Below, in pieces: positions 7,485-17,579 of a stretch of DNA of 34,127 nucleotides; within the stretch, counting starts at the first letter, position 1, and the number at the start of each line of letters is the position of its first letter. The position numbers and the translations under genes are program-made. The stretch is from the sequence record SRR31156797_2062. One strand, 5' to 3'. The notes beneath the pieces were generated by a model. The model did no database searches. It was given only the letters and a program-made list of their open reading frames with translations, and had not been told where the DNA came from.

Positions 7485-8855
7485 TTACTCTCCCTGGAAG
7501 AGATGATCGGCAAGTTCATCCACAGTGCGGACCGGCACACATCGCATCCCGGCTTTTCCCGCCCCTTCCACTTGGCGTATGCAGGACTCAGGCATGATAA
7601 AGGTGGAAAACCCAAGCCGCTCAGCTTCCCGCAACCGCATTTCCATCTGGCCTACCGCCCGAATTTCTCCGGCAAGCCCCACCTCGCCGCAAACAACAGT
7701 TGTAGGGGCAATGGTCTTTTCAAAGAGGCTTGACAACAACGCCACCACCATGCCCAGATCCAGTGCGGGTTCATCAATACGTATCCCACCGGCTATATTT
7801 AAAAAAATATCATGATCAAAAAGAGTTACGCCCAGTTTTTTTTCCAAAACAGCGGTCAGCAGTGCCAAACGCTGCGGATCAGCACCAATGGCTGTTCTGC
7901 GAGCGTTTCCGGGGCTGGATCTGCTTACCAGCGCCTGAACTTCAACCAAGATCGGCCGCGTCCCCTCAATGGAAGGCATCACCACTGATCCCGGCACATT
8001 AACGGGTCGTTCTGCAAGAAATAAAGCGGAAGGGTTGGCAACCTCAGCCAGTCCGTTCTCCTTCATTTCAAACACGCCGATTTCATTGGTTGAGCCGAAC
8101 CTGTTCTTGACCGTGCGTACAATCCGAAACACCTGGCCCCGGTCACCCTCAAAATAAAGGACCGTATCAACCATATGCTCCAACACTCTGGGCCCAGCAA
8201 TGGAGCCATCCTTGGTCACATGCCCAACCAGTAAAACCGGTAGGTCACGACTTTTGGCAAGGGTCAGAAGCCGGGCAGTTGACTCCCGTACCTGGGTGAC
8301 AGAGCCTGGAGCTGAACCGACCTCTTCGCTGTACATGGTCTGAATCGAATCAACAGCCAAAAGCACCGGCTGCATATCGCGAGCCAAATCAATAATGGAT
8401 TCGACACAGTTTTCAGTTGATATATAGATATGGGGACTGTCAATCTTGAGCCTTTCTGCCCGCATACGAATCTGCTGCGCGGATTCTTCACCGGTCACAT
8501 AAAGCACATGTTTATCCTGCCCACTGAGGGCAGCCAGCAACTGAAGGATCAGAGTGGATTTACCTATCCCAGGGTCACCACCGATCAAAATCATAGAGCC
8601 GGGAACAATTCCGCCGCCAAGCACCCTGTCCATTTCATTAATGGACGTCACCAATCGTGCAAGTTCTTTGTCCTTTACAGCCTGGAGTGACTCCGGTTTA
8701 CTAGCTGTTGCTCGTGAAGCCTTTTCCTGAACCTGCTTCTGTTCGCTCAAAGTGTCCCAGGCTGAACAATCTGGGCACTGCCCCAGCCATTTTCTGCTCT
8801 CATGTCCACATTGAGAACAGACAAAAACGGTCTGTATCTTTTTTTTAGGGGGCAT
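7485..8855 (-). CDS. radA: DNA repair protein RadA/Sms
   Basis: N-terminal C4 zinc finger, GDPGIGKST, KNRFG motif, Lon-like C-terminus. Confidence 0.98.
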   Translation of the reverse strand: MPPKKKIQTVFVCSQCGHESRKWLGQCPDCSAWDTLSEQKQVQEKASRATASKPESLQAVKDKELARLVTSINEMDRVLGGGIVPGSMILIGGDPGIGKSTLILQLLAALSGQDKHVLYVTGEESAQQIRMRAERLKIDSPHIYISTENCVESIIDLARDMQPVLLAVDSIQTMYSEEVGSAPGSVTQVRESTARLLTLAKSRDLPVLLVGHVTKDGSIAGPRVLEHMVDTVLYFEGDRGQVFRIVRTVKNRFGSTNEIGVFEMKENGLAEVANPSALFLAERPVNVPGSVVMPSIEGTRPILVEVQALVSRSSPGNARRTAIGADPQRLALLTAVLEKKLGVTLFDHDIFLNIAGGIRIDEPALDLGMVVALLSSLFEKTIAPTTVVCGEVGLAGEIRAVGQMEMRLREAERLGFSTFIMPESCIRQVEGAGKAGMRCVPVRTVDELADHLFQGE

Positions 8856-9732
8856 CTTTTTGATCTGCCTGCAAAAAAATCATTTTATACATCCTTCTGT
8901 ACTCGGCAATACTGCTTTGATCGAGCCACCTTTCATAGGCGGCTCGGTACCTTTCTGTGGGTCGTTGTTCTTGTAGAACCTTATTGATGACCGTGATGGC
9001 TTTTGCTCCCCAAGAATTTTTAGAACAGGCAACATAAGTCAGCATGGCATCATGATCATCAAGATTTTCCTCCACAGACAGGGTCATAATCTGATCCTTG
9101 ATTCCCATTTTTTCAGCAAGATACATGGCCTCCTCTGGGAGTCCAGGCATTGCTTGAATACGCCCAGCCAAAAGCATCTTGAAAAGATTTAAGGACAATT
9201 CAGGCCCTTCATAGGAAAAAAGGTTGTCCTGATTACCAAAGGTGTTCAGGAGTTCATCGAAGGCACCCCCGTAGGAACGTTTGGCTGCCCGGCCAATGAT
9301 AAAGTTATTGCTGGTAAGCACACCCTTAAGGCTCACGACCTTCTTTCCACCAAAAGCAGCAAAATGCTCTTTTTTTATAATCAGTACCGCTGGCAAGGTA
9401 AAAACACTGGAAATAGAAAACAGGGCAATCTCCTCCCTTTCCGGTGTTTTATACATAGCCAGACTGCAGGCAGGTTCACCTTGTTTCCACTGCTGATAGT
9501 GACGGGAAATATTGGCAGGCATGGATATATGGTCATATTGGGGCATGTTCTCCTTGAGAATATCAGTAATAAGATCTTCATACCCCTGCCCTTTCAACTC
9601 GCCCTCGTGGATAAAAAAAGGTGGCGCAACAGCCTCCATCCAATACATTTTTTCCTTTGCCATAAGGACTGCAGGAATCAGTAGGATGCCCACCGCTAGT
9701 ATGTATGATACGATTCTTTTTTCACGTTGCAT
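8845..9732 (-). CDS. TIGR02285-like periplasmic solute-binding protein
   Basis: Signal peptide, PPFFIHEG, KTPERE, YVACSKNSWG; start 9732 preferred (ORF extends to 9777). Confidence 0.8.
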   Translation of the reverse strand: MQREKRIVSYILAVGILLIPAVLMAKEKMYWMEAVAPPFFIHEGELKGQGYEDLITDILKENMPQYDHISMPANISRHYQQWKQGEPACSLAMYKTPEREEIALFSISSVFTLPAVLIIKKEHFAAFGGKKVVSLKGVLTSNNFIIGRAAKRSYGGAFDELLNTFGNQDNLFSYEGPELSLNLFKMLLAGRIQAMPGLPEEAMYLAEKMGIKDQIMTLSVEENLDDHDAMLTYVACSKNSWGAKAITVINKVLQEQRPTERYRAAYERWLDQSSIAEYRRMYKMIFLQADQKDAP

Positions 9733-9784
9733 AAAGTCCACACTTTTACATATTATCCGGTGCCATTTCGCTATCAATTAAATA

Positions 9785-11830
9785 TCAAGAGAATAGTACA
9801 GTTTGTATTGTCGTCCCCAACTGCTCCAGGGTATACGGCTTTCCAATGAACCCTCCTGCTCCCAACTCAAGGGCAGCACGAACATCTTCATTCTCAGCAT
9901 AGCCACTAGTAATGATCGCTTTCTGCCCTGGATGTATCTTCAACACCTTTTCATAGGTCTGCCTGCCGCTGTATTGGCCGGGTACCATTAACATATCCAG
10001 CAGCAGCAAATCCACCGGATTGCTTGCCAAATATTCCAGACCCTCTTCTCCCGATCCTTCAGCACAGGGAGCGTAGCCCAAAGTTCGTAACAACTGAGTT
10101 GCCAAATCTCTTTGCCGAGGCTCATCGTCAATAACCAGAATTACTTCACCGTTGCCCTTTAACTCCCGCCAGTCTTTTTCTTCCTCAGCAGGTGCTTGCG
10201 GCATAGCAGCACTTGGGAAATAGACATCAAAGGTCGTTCCTTCAGAGGAACTCTGCACATTAACAGTGCCACCATGGTCACGAACAATATTCCAGACAAC
10301 CGCCAATCCAAGCCCGGTACCACTCCTGCCCATGACTTTTTTTGTAAAAAACGGCTCAAAAATTTGCTGAACTTCATTTTGAGCTATGCCAACACCGGTA
10401 TCACTGACAGTTATCTTTGTATATTGCCCTTGAGCAGGCAGGTCCCATTGCCCCATTTCCTTTGCAGTAACACTCAGGTTATGGGTTGCGATACGTAAAG
10501 TCCCATGCCCACTTATGGCTTCGACACCGTTAGTTACCAAATTCATCAAACATTTACGTACATGAATGGATGAACATGCAATATTATGCAGTTCTGGCTC
10601 AAGGGCAGTTTCAATGGAAACTAGAGGGTACCTGGTATACAATTCCTGGAGATCAGGGGAAGTAAGATACTCGCGAATCAACTCGTTCGGAGCAACAATA
10701 TCTCTTTCTGCAATCACCCCCCTGGCAACCGTTAATAAATCCGAGACCACATCACTTGCATCCATACCTGCCTTGCGGATGACCTCAAGAGGTCCCCTCA
10801 AAGGACTGTCCTCACCCTGATCCAGTAGTAACAGCTCAGGGTAGCTGACAATACCGGACAAAATATTATTGAGATCATGGGCAACCCCACCAGCCATAAG
10901 CCCAATGGTCTTCATTTTCTGGTCTTTAAGAAGTTGTTTCTCCAAACGATGCCTTTCGGTGATGTCGATACCAATAACCCGAGCGCCAGTGATATGCTCA
11001 CCGTCCTTGATGGATGCAGCACACATAAGAAGCGGAAAACAGTTCCCGTCGCCCCCCTTCGCGCTGAACTCCTTGAGGGTGGCATCTCCATTCTGCAACG
11101 CCTTTTGGAAACTTACCCTGGCGGAAGCACCTCCTTTGTCTCTGATACGGGTAAAGAGGTTGTTTTTTTCAGTGCCCTCCCCATTGAACCCGAAACGAAA
11201 CTGCGCCTCTTTGTTGGCATAGATTATGTTTCCGTCTATATCTGTTTCAAAAATCATCTCTGGAAGGAGATTAACCAAATCGTGAAAACGCCTCTCGCTG
11301 TCCTGCAGGTTCTGCGTTCGTTCGCGGACCAAATCCTCAAGGATAGCCCTGCGCCTGAGAAGAGAATCTATAATAATAGCAATCAGCAACAGCAACAGGT
11401 GCAAACAAAAAATATTCAAAAGCGGAAAGACTACTCGCACATACTTCACGCCATGCAGCTTGCCAATGACCATGCCGCGATAGGTGATACTGTGTTCCAG
11501 CTCCTTGACCCAAATGATTCCGAGCTGGAAAAACAAACCTGAAATACCTTCCAGCGGCTGAGCAACCACCTCCAGAGCCTCACTTTCTCCTGAGATAATA
11601 ATAGAGAGGGATCGGTAATGCTGGGCTTTCAGTGCCAATTGTAAATATGCTGTAGCACCGTTGGCATTCAGTGCCCATATATCGTCGGCAAGAAAGACTG
11701 TATGTGTTTTAAATTCCTCCTTATCGACGTGACTTTTGTTCATTATATACCCTATCCCACTGATGCAAAATGAAATTGCAACAAGGAAAATGATCATATA
11801 GTGGTGACGATTCAGGTGAAAGTGAGTCAT
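9785..11830 (-). CDS. Membrane-bound PAS hybrid sensor histidine kinase/response regulator
   Basis: Two TM segments, PAS, AHDLNNIL H-box, N/G1/F/G2 boxes, C-terminal receiver (IDDE, LLDM, KP). Confidence 0.95.
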   Translation of the reverse strand: MTHFHLNRHHYMIIFLVAISFCISGIGYIMNKSHVDKEEFKTHTVFLADDIWALNANGATAYLQLALKAQHYRSLSIIISGESEALEVVAQPLEGISGLFFQLGIIWVKELEHSITYRGMVIGKLHGVKYVRVVFPLLNIFCLHLLLLLIAIIIDSLLRRRAILEDLVRERTQNLQDSERRFHDLVNLLPEMIFETDIDGNIIYANKEAQFRFGFNGEGTEKNNLFTRIRDKGGASARVSFQKALQNGDATLKEFSAKGGDGNCFPLLMCAASIKDGEHITGARVIGIDITERHRLEKQLLKDQKMKTIGLMAGGVAHDLNNILSGIVSYPELLLLDQGEDSPLRGPLEVIRKAGMDASDVVSDLLTVARGVIAERDIVAPNELIREYLTSPDLQELYTRYPLVSIETALEPELHNIACSSIHVRKCLMNLVTNGVEAISGHGTLRIATHNLSVTAKEMGQWDLPAQGQYTKITVSDTGVGIAQNEVQQIFEPFFTKKVMGRSGTGLGLAVVWNIVRDHGGTVNVQSSSEGTTFDVYFPSAAMPQAPAEEEKDWRELKGNGEVILVIDDEPRQRDLATQLLRTLGYAPCAEGSGEEGLEYLASNPVDLLLLDMLMVPGQYSGRQTYEKVLKIHPGQKAIITSGYAENEDVRAALELGAGGFIGKPYTLEQLGTTIQTVLFS

Positions 11831-11991
11831 TGTTCCGGCACGTTACACTGCTTTAAAAAAATCCAAACGTTTATGAACGCGTTAAAAAACCATCACACTT
11901 CAAAAAATGCCGCAACGCTCGAAACCTTTTTTCGACGCCATCAACATTAACGTTTCTCAACAATCTATCTTCCTCAATACTCTATTATTCA

Positions 11992-12771
11992 CTATCGCAC
12001 TACAGGATTGGGAGCTTTTATCATTTGCCTGTACTTATCAGATACCTGCAGCCGGACAAAAGCCTTTTTAAAAGATTCGACCAAGTCTTTATCTGATTCT
12101 TTTGAAAAAGCTAAATAACCATCAAGTTCAATGTTCAAAGCAAACTGCCGCTGTATAAGTCGACGAGGGTCATACCCCATCAGGGAGAGGGTATGATACG
12201 CTGTAGCTTCATCTACAGCCCAGAGATCAATCCAGCCCAAGAGGAGCTTTTTGGCACTTGCACGAAGGGAGGTATCTTCTATAATTTTTGAAAATTCCAT
12301 TTTTTTGAGGTAGCTAAAGCGGACACTGCTGCGCAAAACGCCTATGGATTTCCCTTTTGCATCATCCAAATTAGAAAGATTGATGTCATTTCTACTCTGC
12401 AGGGAATAGATGTATGTTTTTCCAATTGCGACAACGCCGATCCACTCGAAAACATCCTCGCGCTCAGGTGTCCTGACAAGAGGATAAATAAGCGTATTTT
12501 TTTCTTTCAATGCCTTTTTATAGGATCTTGCCCAAGGGTATGAGATGATTTCGGCGTTGATCTTCATAGTATCGAGCAACGACCTGACTATTTGAGTTGC
12601 CTGCCCCTCTACAGTTCCCTTTTCGGTATAGGTGAAGGGCGGATATTCAGTTGTAACAACAGCCACTTGCTGGCAAGATGCCTTGCCATAACCTACCAGA
12701 AAACATATTACAGCCAGGATTCCCGCCTTCAACAGTATTGATTGCCTGTAAGCAAACACCACCACCTCCAT
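11992..12771 (-). CDS. Periplasmic substrate-binding protein (family 3-like)
   Basis: EYPPF, YPWARS, RTPERE, YLAFSK motifs; start may be a GTG a few codons downstream (GGAGG RBS). Confidence 0.88.
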   Translation of the reverse strand: MEVVVFAYRQSILLKAGILAVICFLVGYGKASCQQVAVVTTEYPPFTYTEKGTVEGQATQIVRSLLDTMKINAEIISYPWARSYKKALKEKNTLIYPLVRTPEREDVFEWIGVVAIGKTYIYSLQSRNDINLSNLDDAKGKSIGVLRSSVRFSYLKKMEFSKIIEDTSLRASAKKLLLGWIDLWAVDEATAYHTLSLMGYDPRRLIQRQFALNIELDGYLAFSKESDKDLVESFKKAFVRLQVSDKYRQMIKAPNPVVR

Positions 12772-12865
12772 TTAAATGCCATATCCCCCTTTCCACTGCA
12801 GGCACTATACAAGATACAATGTAATTATACAGCGAGTAACAAATAACCTCGCCTTTACCTCAACT

Positions 12866-12989
12866 TGTGACTGTTCAACAGTGCTCCAGATGCGTACAAG
12901 CAGGCTAAAACTATAGTAATTCTAATTTTCCTGCCTGATTGTGCGTAGAAGTAAGTGCAAACTCCGTAGGGTGCTGCTGAACAGTTACG
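12866..12989 (+). repeat. ~124-nt extended hairpin (structured RNA or decayed MITE)
   Basis: Outer 21-nt arms pair 20/21 with 5 G-U; inner 9-bp and 5-bp stems. Confidence 0.55.
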
Positions 12990-13367
12990 ATACAATCTTA
13001 TCTGATCGTAGTTCAAATAGAAGGCACCGTCAATCAAGGGCCAACTTAAGAAACGAAAACCCACCCAATCCGGTTACGTCTTATTAATACATGGATCGAT
13101 TATGCTGGTATTGTCAAAAATGGTAATTATTGTGTATCAGAAAATATGTACCTGTGACCAAAATCTGTTACCGAACAGACAGTTTCCAACCTTTTGCTCA
13201 TCATCGTTTGAAGAGTAAAAAGTTTTTTCATTACGAAATCATAACTAACTTTAAATTTTGCTGTGGTGTAATGCCGGTGCATAAGAAAAATTGTCAAGGT
13301 GCAGGCATAACCATACATCCGGCATTCTCTACAACCCATTTTTGCTTTCCATAATATGGAGAAACAC

Positions 13368-14810
13368 ATGATCCACACTTATTTGCCAAACAATAAAACC
13401 AAAATCGTCTGTACCATTGGCCCGGCATCCGACTCTCCAGCAATGCTCGAAAAAATGATAAAAGCAGGTATGAACATCGCCCGGCTCAACTTTTCACATG
13501 GCGACTTTTCAAATCATGGAAAGATTATCCGCAGAATAAGAGCTGCCGCTGAAAAAACAGGACGGCGTGTTGCCATCATGGCGGATCTCCCTGGCCCTAA
13601 AATACGGATCGGCAACTTGGTGAAAGAGCCTGTTGAGGTTAAAATAGGTGCTCGCTTCACCCTGACAACAGAAGATATCACAGGCAACTGGGATGAGGTT
13701 TCCGTTACCTTCAAAAAACTGCCCAAGGTCGTTACCCAAGGCGACATCATATTCCTTAACGACGGCCTTATCCAGCTGAGGGTGGAAGAGATCGAAGAAA
13801 ACAAGGTACACTGCATTGTATCGGTGGGCGGCAAGCTCCGTTCCAAAAAAGGGTTAAATCTTCCAGGAATCGACCTCGGAGTATCTGCGTTTACCGAACA
13901 TGACCGAGCATGCATGCAATATGCGCTTGATAATGGGGTGGATGCTATCAGCCAATCCTTTGTTAACGATGCCGCCGACATTGAAGCGGTGAGAAAAGCC
14001 GCCACAGAAATGGGTTACGCCCCTTTTATCATTGCTAAAATTGAAAGGTCATCGATTTATCATAAAATCGATGAAATACTGGACGCCTCTGACGGAGTAA
14101 TGGTTGCACGGGGCGACCTTGGGGTGGAAATCCCCATTGAAGAAATCGCCATGATTCAAAAGAAAATTACGGTTAGAGGAAACCTGTTTGGCAAGCCAGT
14201 CATCACCGCTACCCAGATGCTGGAATCCATGACCAATAACCGTCGCCCAACCAGGGCCGAGGCAACAGATGTTGCCAATGCTATTTTGGACGGGACAGAC
14301 GGAGTAATGCTTTCAGAAGAATCCGCAATGGGTAACTATCCGCTGGAAGCAACCAAAATGCTGGTCCGCATTGCCGTTGCCACAGAACCCCACCGCACAA
14401 GCCTTAGCTACACCAGGGTTCCGGACAAACCCATCTACAACCATATCAAAGAGGTGGACTACATTGCCACCAGCGTCAAAAGTATTGTCAGTCAGACAGA
14501 TGACGTTGCAGCCATTTTATCACCTACAGACAGTGGATTGACTGCACGAAGACTCTCCCGGTTTCGGCTACCTACATGGATACTGGCAGTCAGTTCCAAC
14601 AAAAAAACCATTAAGGAGCTTATTTTCAGCTATGGTGTTTTCCCCATTTATGAACTTAACCACCCCACAGATTGGACAGACTATGCCCGTGACTATTCGG
14701 TCAAGTATGGCTTAAAGGGGAGTTGTATTATTCAAACCGAAGGCCCTTCCCCGGAAAACCCGAATCGTAACCATAAAATGGAGATCATCGACCTTCGCGA
14801 GTTGCAATAA
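13368..14810 (+). CDS. pyk: Pyruvate kinase
   Basis: KTKIVCTIGPAS, ARLNFSHG, IAKIE, MVARGDLGVE, TATQMLESM; GGAG RBS before ATG 13368. Confidence 0.98.
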   Translation: MIHTYLPNNKTKIVCTIGPASDSPAMLEKMIKAGMNIARLNFSHGDFSNHGKIIRRIRAAAEKTGRRVAIMADLPGPKIRIGNLVKEPVEVKIGARFTLTTEDITGNWDEVSVTFKKLPKVVTQGDIIFLNDGLIQLRVEEIEENKVHCIVSVGGKLRSKKGLNLPGIDLGVSAFTEHDRACMQYALDNGVDAISQSFVNDAADIEAVRKAATEMGYAPFIIAKIERSSIYHKIDEILDASDGVMVARGDLGVEIPIEEIAMIQKKITVRGNLFGKPVITATQMLESMTNNRRPTRAEATDVANAILDGTDGVMLSEESAMGNYPLEATKMLVRIAVATEPHRTSLSYTRVPDKPIYNHIKEVDYIATSVKSIVSQTDDVAAILSPTDSGLTARRLSRFRLPTWILAVSSNKKTIKELIFSYGVFPIYELNHPTDWTDYARDYSVKYGLKGSCIIQTEGPSPENPNRNHKMEIIDLRELQ

Positions 14811-14821
14811 TTTTCATCCAA

Positions 14822-14848
14822 AGGGCGACAGTAAGTCGCCCTCTCTTT
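14822..14848 (+). terminator. Hairpin after pyk (weak U-tract)
   Basis: agggcgac agtaa gtcgccct followed by ctcttt. Confidence 0.55.
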
Positions 14849-14959
14849 ACGTAACAGGCAGGAGAGTCGTGTCATTCTGTTGATGTTTATATGTCTGCGT
14901 TACACGCAGCCAGGGCCGTAAAACCGCCTATTATGAGCAGTTAACCGAGTCTTTATCCT

Positions 14960-17503
14960 ATGAACAACAAACACAAATACCATTTTCCACAGCTGCTGCC
15001 TGCTCCCAACAACCACAACACGGGAATTAACAAACTCAAACGTGCCCTTGCGTACAAACTTTTTTACCAAATGGGCAAAACCACCCGCTCTGTTTCTCTC
15101 AATGATTACTACCTGGCAGCAGCCTATACACTCAGAGACAGGATGCAGCCCCTCTTTATCAACTCATCAGAACTCTACCTTGAGGGCAGTTCCCGCATCG
15201 TTTCCTACCTCTCTGCTGAGTATTTACCTGGACCACACCTGCATAACAACCTGATCAACCTCGATCTTCTGGACCCAATGCGCCAGGCTGTTGCTGAAAC
15301 GGGCCTGGACCTTAACGCCATTATGGAGGTTGAGGAAGAACCGGGCCTGGGCAACGGCGGCCTTGGAAGATTGGCGGCCTGCTTCATGGACTCCCTGGCA
15401 ACCCTTCAAATACCTGCGATCGGCTATGGCATACGTTACGAATTCGGCATGTTTGATCAGGAACTGGAAAACGGCTGGCAAGTTGAGCTCAGCGACCGCT
15501 GGCTCCAGGGGGGAAATCCCTGGGAAATAAAAAAAGCAGATCTTGCCCAGGAAGTCGGCTTCGGAGGCAGCACATCCCCCTATCATGATCAAAACGGCGA
15601 CCTCCGCATGCGTTGGTGGCCAGCCCGTGTCATCAGCGGCATCCCTTACGATACCCCTATTCCAGGGTACAGGGTCAACACGGTTAACACGCTGCGCCTC
15701 TGGAGTGCAGAGGCACCGAAGTCCTTTGACTTTGAAGATTTTAACGTTGGCGACTACATTGGCGCTGTTGCTGAAAAAATTAGCGCAGAAAACATTACCA
15801 AGGTCCTCTATCCCAACGATAAACAATATGCAGGAAAACTGCTTCGCCTGGAGCAGCAATATTTTTTTACCAGCTGTTCCCTGCAGGACATGCTCCGCAT
15901 CCATCTTTTCAACCATGACAGCCTGAGCAATTTTCACCAGAGCTTTGCTGTGCAGCTCAATGACACCCACCCGGCCATAGCCGTCGCGGAACTGATGCGC
16001 CTGCTTGTTGACGTGCACCTCATGGAATGGGAGCAAGCGTGCTATGTCACCACCAGAACATTTTCCTACACCAACCACACCTTGCTTCCCGAATCGCTTG
16101 AAAAATGGCAGCTGGCAATGTTCTCATCACTGCTGCCGCGTCACCTTGAAATTATCTTTGAAATAAACCGTCGCTTCCTTGACCTTGTGCGGCTCAAGTT
16201 CCCTGGTAACCAGGAAATAGTAGCCCAACTCTCCATTATTGACGAAACTGGTCCCCGGTATGTACGGATGGCCAATCTGGCTTGTGTAGGCAGCCATACT
16301 ATTAACGGAGTTTCGTCCCTTCATACCAGATTATTAAAAGAAAAAACCCTGGCACCCTTTGACCGTCTATGGCCAGAAAAAATTATAAGTATCACCAACG
16401 GGGTAACACCAAGAAGATGGATGCTGGTGACGAACCATCGCCTCTGCACTCTGATCAGCAAAACAATAGGAGAGGGCTGGACAACAAACCTGGAGGATCT
16501 TGCGCAATTGGCACCTTTGGCTGACGATGCCAGTTTCAATGAAGCATGGCATGATGCCAGGCTGGAGAATAAAAAAGATTTTGCAGAATTGGCCAAAAAA
16601 CAGCTGGGGACTACCCTCAACCCGTATGCCCTCTTTGACGTGCATGTTAAACGCATCCATGAATACAAACGTCAGCATCTCAACCTGCTCCACATAATCA
16701 CCCTGTACAACCGTCTTAAGGAGAACCCTGAACAATGCTTTCCACCACGGGTTTTTATCTTTGGCGGCAAAGCTGCTCCAGGATACCGGATGGCAAAACT
16801 GATCATCAAATTGATCACGTCAGTTGCTGCTGTCATCAATAACGATCCTGATGTAAGAGGCAGACTCAAAGTCATATTTATCAGTAACTATAACGTAAAA
16901 ACAGGCCACATCCTTTTTCCGGTGGCCGACCTGTCCGAACAAATATCTCTTGCTGGAACAGAAGCTTCAGGAACCGGCAATATGAAATTTTCCATGAACG
17001 GTGCTCTGACCATCGGCACCCTTGATGGAGCCAATGCAGAAATCTGTGCAGAGGTTGGCGCTGAGCAGTTTTTTCTATTCGGACTCAACGTACAGGATGC
17101 TGCCGCTCTTACGCAAAGCAGTTACCGCCCCCTGGACTTTTATACTCGAAACCCGGAGCTTAAAAAAGCCATTGACCTTCTCAACAGCGGGCACTTTTCC
17201 CATGGTGACCAACAACTTTTCAAACCGCTCATCGATGAACTGCTCTACCGCGACCGGTATCTTCTCATGGCAGACTATGCGTCTTATATTGATTGCCACG
17301 ATAAGGTCGGGAATGCCTTTGAAAATCGGCAAGTCTGGAGCCGCATGTCCATTCTTAATGTGGCGCGCATGGGCAGGTTTTCTTCAGATCGAGCAATTAA
17401 AGAGTATTGCCGCAGCATATGGCACGTTGATCCATTTCCAGTCGACTTAAAATGGAAGCGTATCCCTGAAGGAGGCATTATCTTTCCTACTGTTGACGAA
17501 TAA
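14960..17503 (+). CDS. glgP: Glycogen/starch phosphorylase
   Basis: GLGNGGLGRLAACF, QLNDTHP, KRIHEYKRQ, EASGTGNMKF PLP site. Confidence 0.97.
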   Translation: MNNKHKYHFPQLLPAPNNHNTGINKLKRALAYKLFYQMGKTTRSVSLNDYYLAAAYTLRDRMQPLFINSSELYLEGSSRIVSYLSAEYLPGPHLHNNLINLDLLDPMRQAVAETGLDLNAIMEVEEEPGLGNGGLGRLAACFMDSLATLQIPAIGYGIRYEFGMFDQELENGWQVELSDRWLQGGNPWEIKKADLAQEVGFGGSTSPYHDQNGDLRMRWWPARVISGIPYDTPIPGYRVNTVNTLRLWSAEAPKSFDFEDFNVGDYIGAVAEKISAENITKVLYPNDKQYAGKLLRLEQQYFFTSCSLQDMLRIHLFNHDSLSNFHQSFAVQLNDTHPAIAVAELMRLLVDVHLMEWEQACYVTTRTFSYTNHTLLPESLEKWQLAMFSSLLPRHLEIIFEINRRFLDLVRLKFPGNQEIVAQLSIIDETGPRYVRMANLACVGSHTINGVSSLHTRLLKEKTLAPFDRLWPEKIISITNGVTPRRWMLVTNHRLCTLISKTIGEGWTTNLEDLAQLAPLADDASFNEAWHDARLENKKDFAELAKKQLGTTLNPYALFDVHVKRIHEYKRQHLNLLHIITLYNRLKENPEQCFPPRVFIFGGKAAPGYRMAKLIIKLITSVAAVINNDPDVRGRLKVIFISNYNVKTGHILFPVADLSEQISLAGTEASGTGNMKFSMNGALTIGTLDGANAEICAEVGAEQFFLFGLNVQDAAALTQSSYRPLDFYTRNPELKKAIDLLNSGHFSHGDQQLFKPLIDELLYRDRYLLMADYASYIDCHDKVGNAFENRQVWSRMSILNVARMGRFSSDRAIKEYCRSIWHVDPFPVDLKWKRIPEGGIIFPTVDE

Positions 17504-17579
17504 AAGTTAATCCGAAGCAGTCGAAAACAAGGTTTCCCCCCACCACACCTATAAAGACCCAACAGACCACTAAATATCC

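Noticed and set aside
11836-11852. sigma54 promoter-like GGCAC...TGC
   Set aside because: GG-to-GC spacing is 11 rather than 10, and it points away from the adjacent gene start
12855-13378. Short track ORFs in the gap before pyk
   Set aside because: No RBS or family motifs; the region is better explained as regulatory DNA plus a hairpin element
15224-16078. Long antisense ORFs (284 aa here; also 21786-22580, 10877-11542, 23597-24130)
   Set aside because: Fully opposite well-supported genes and without motifs; typical shadow frames
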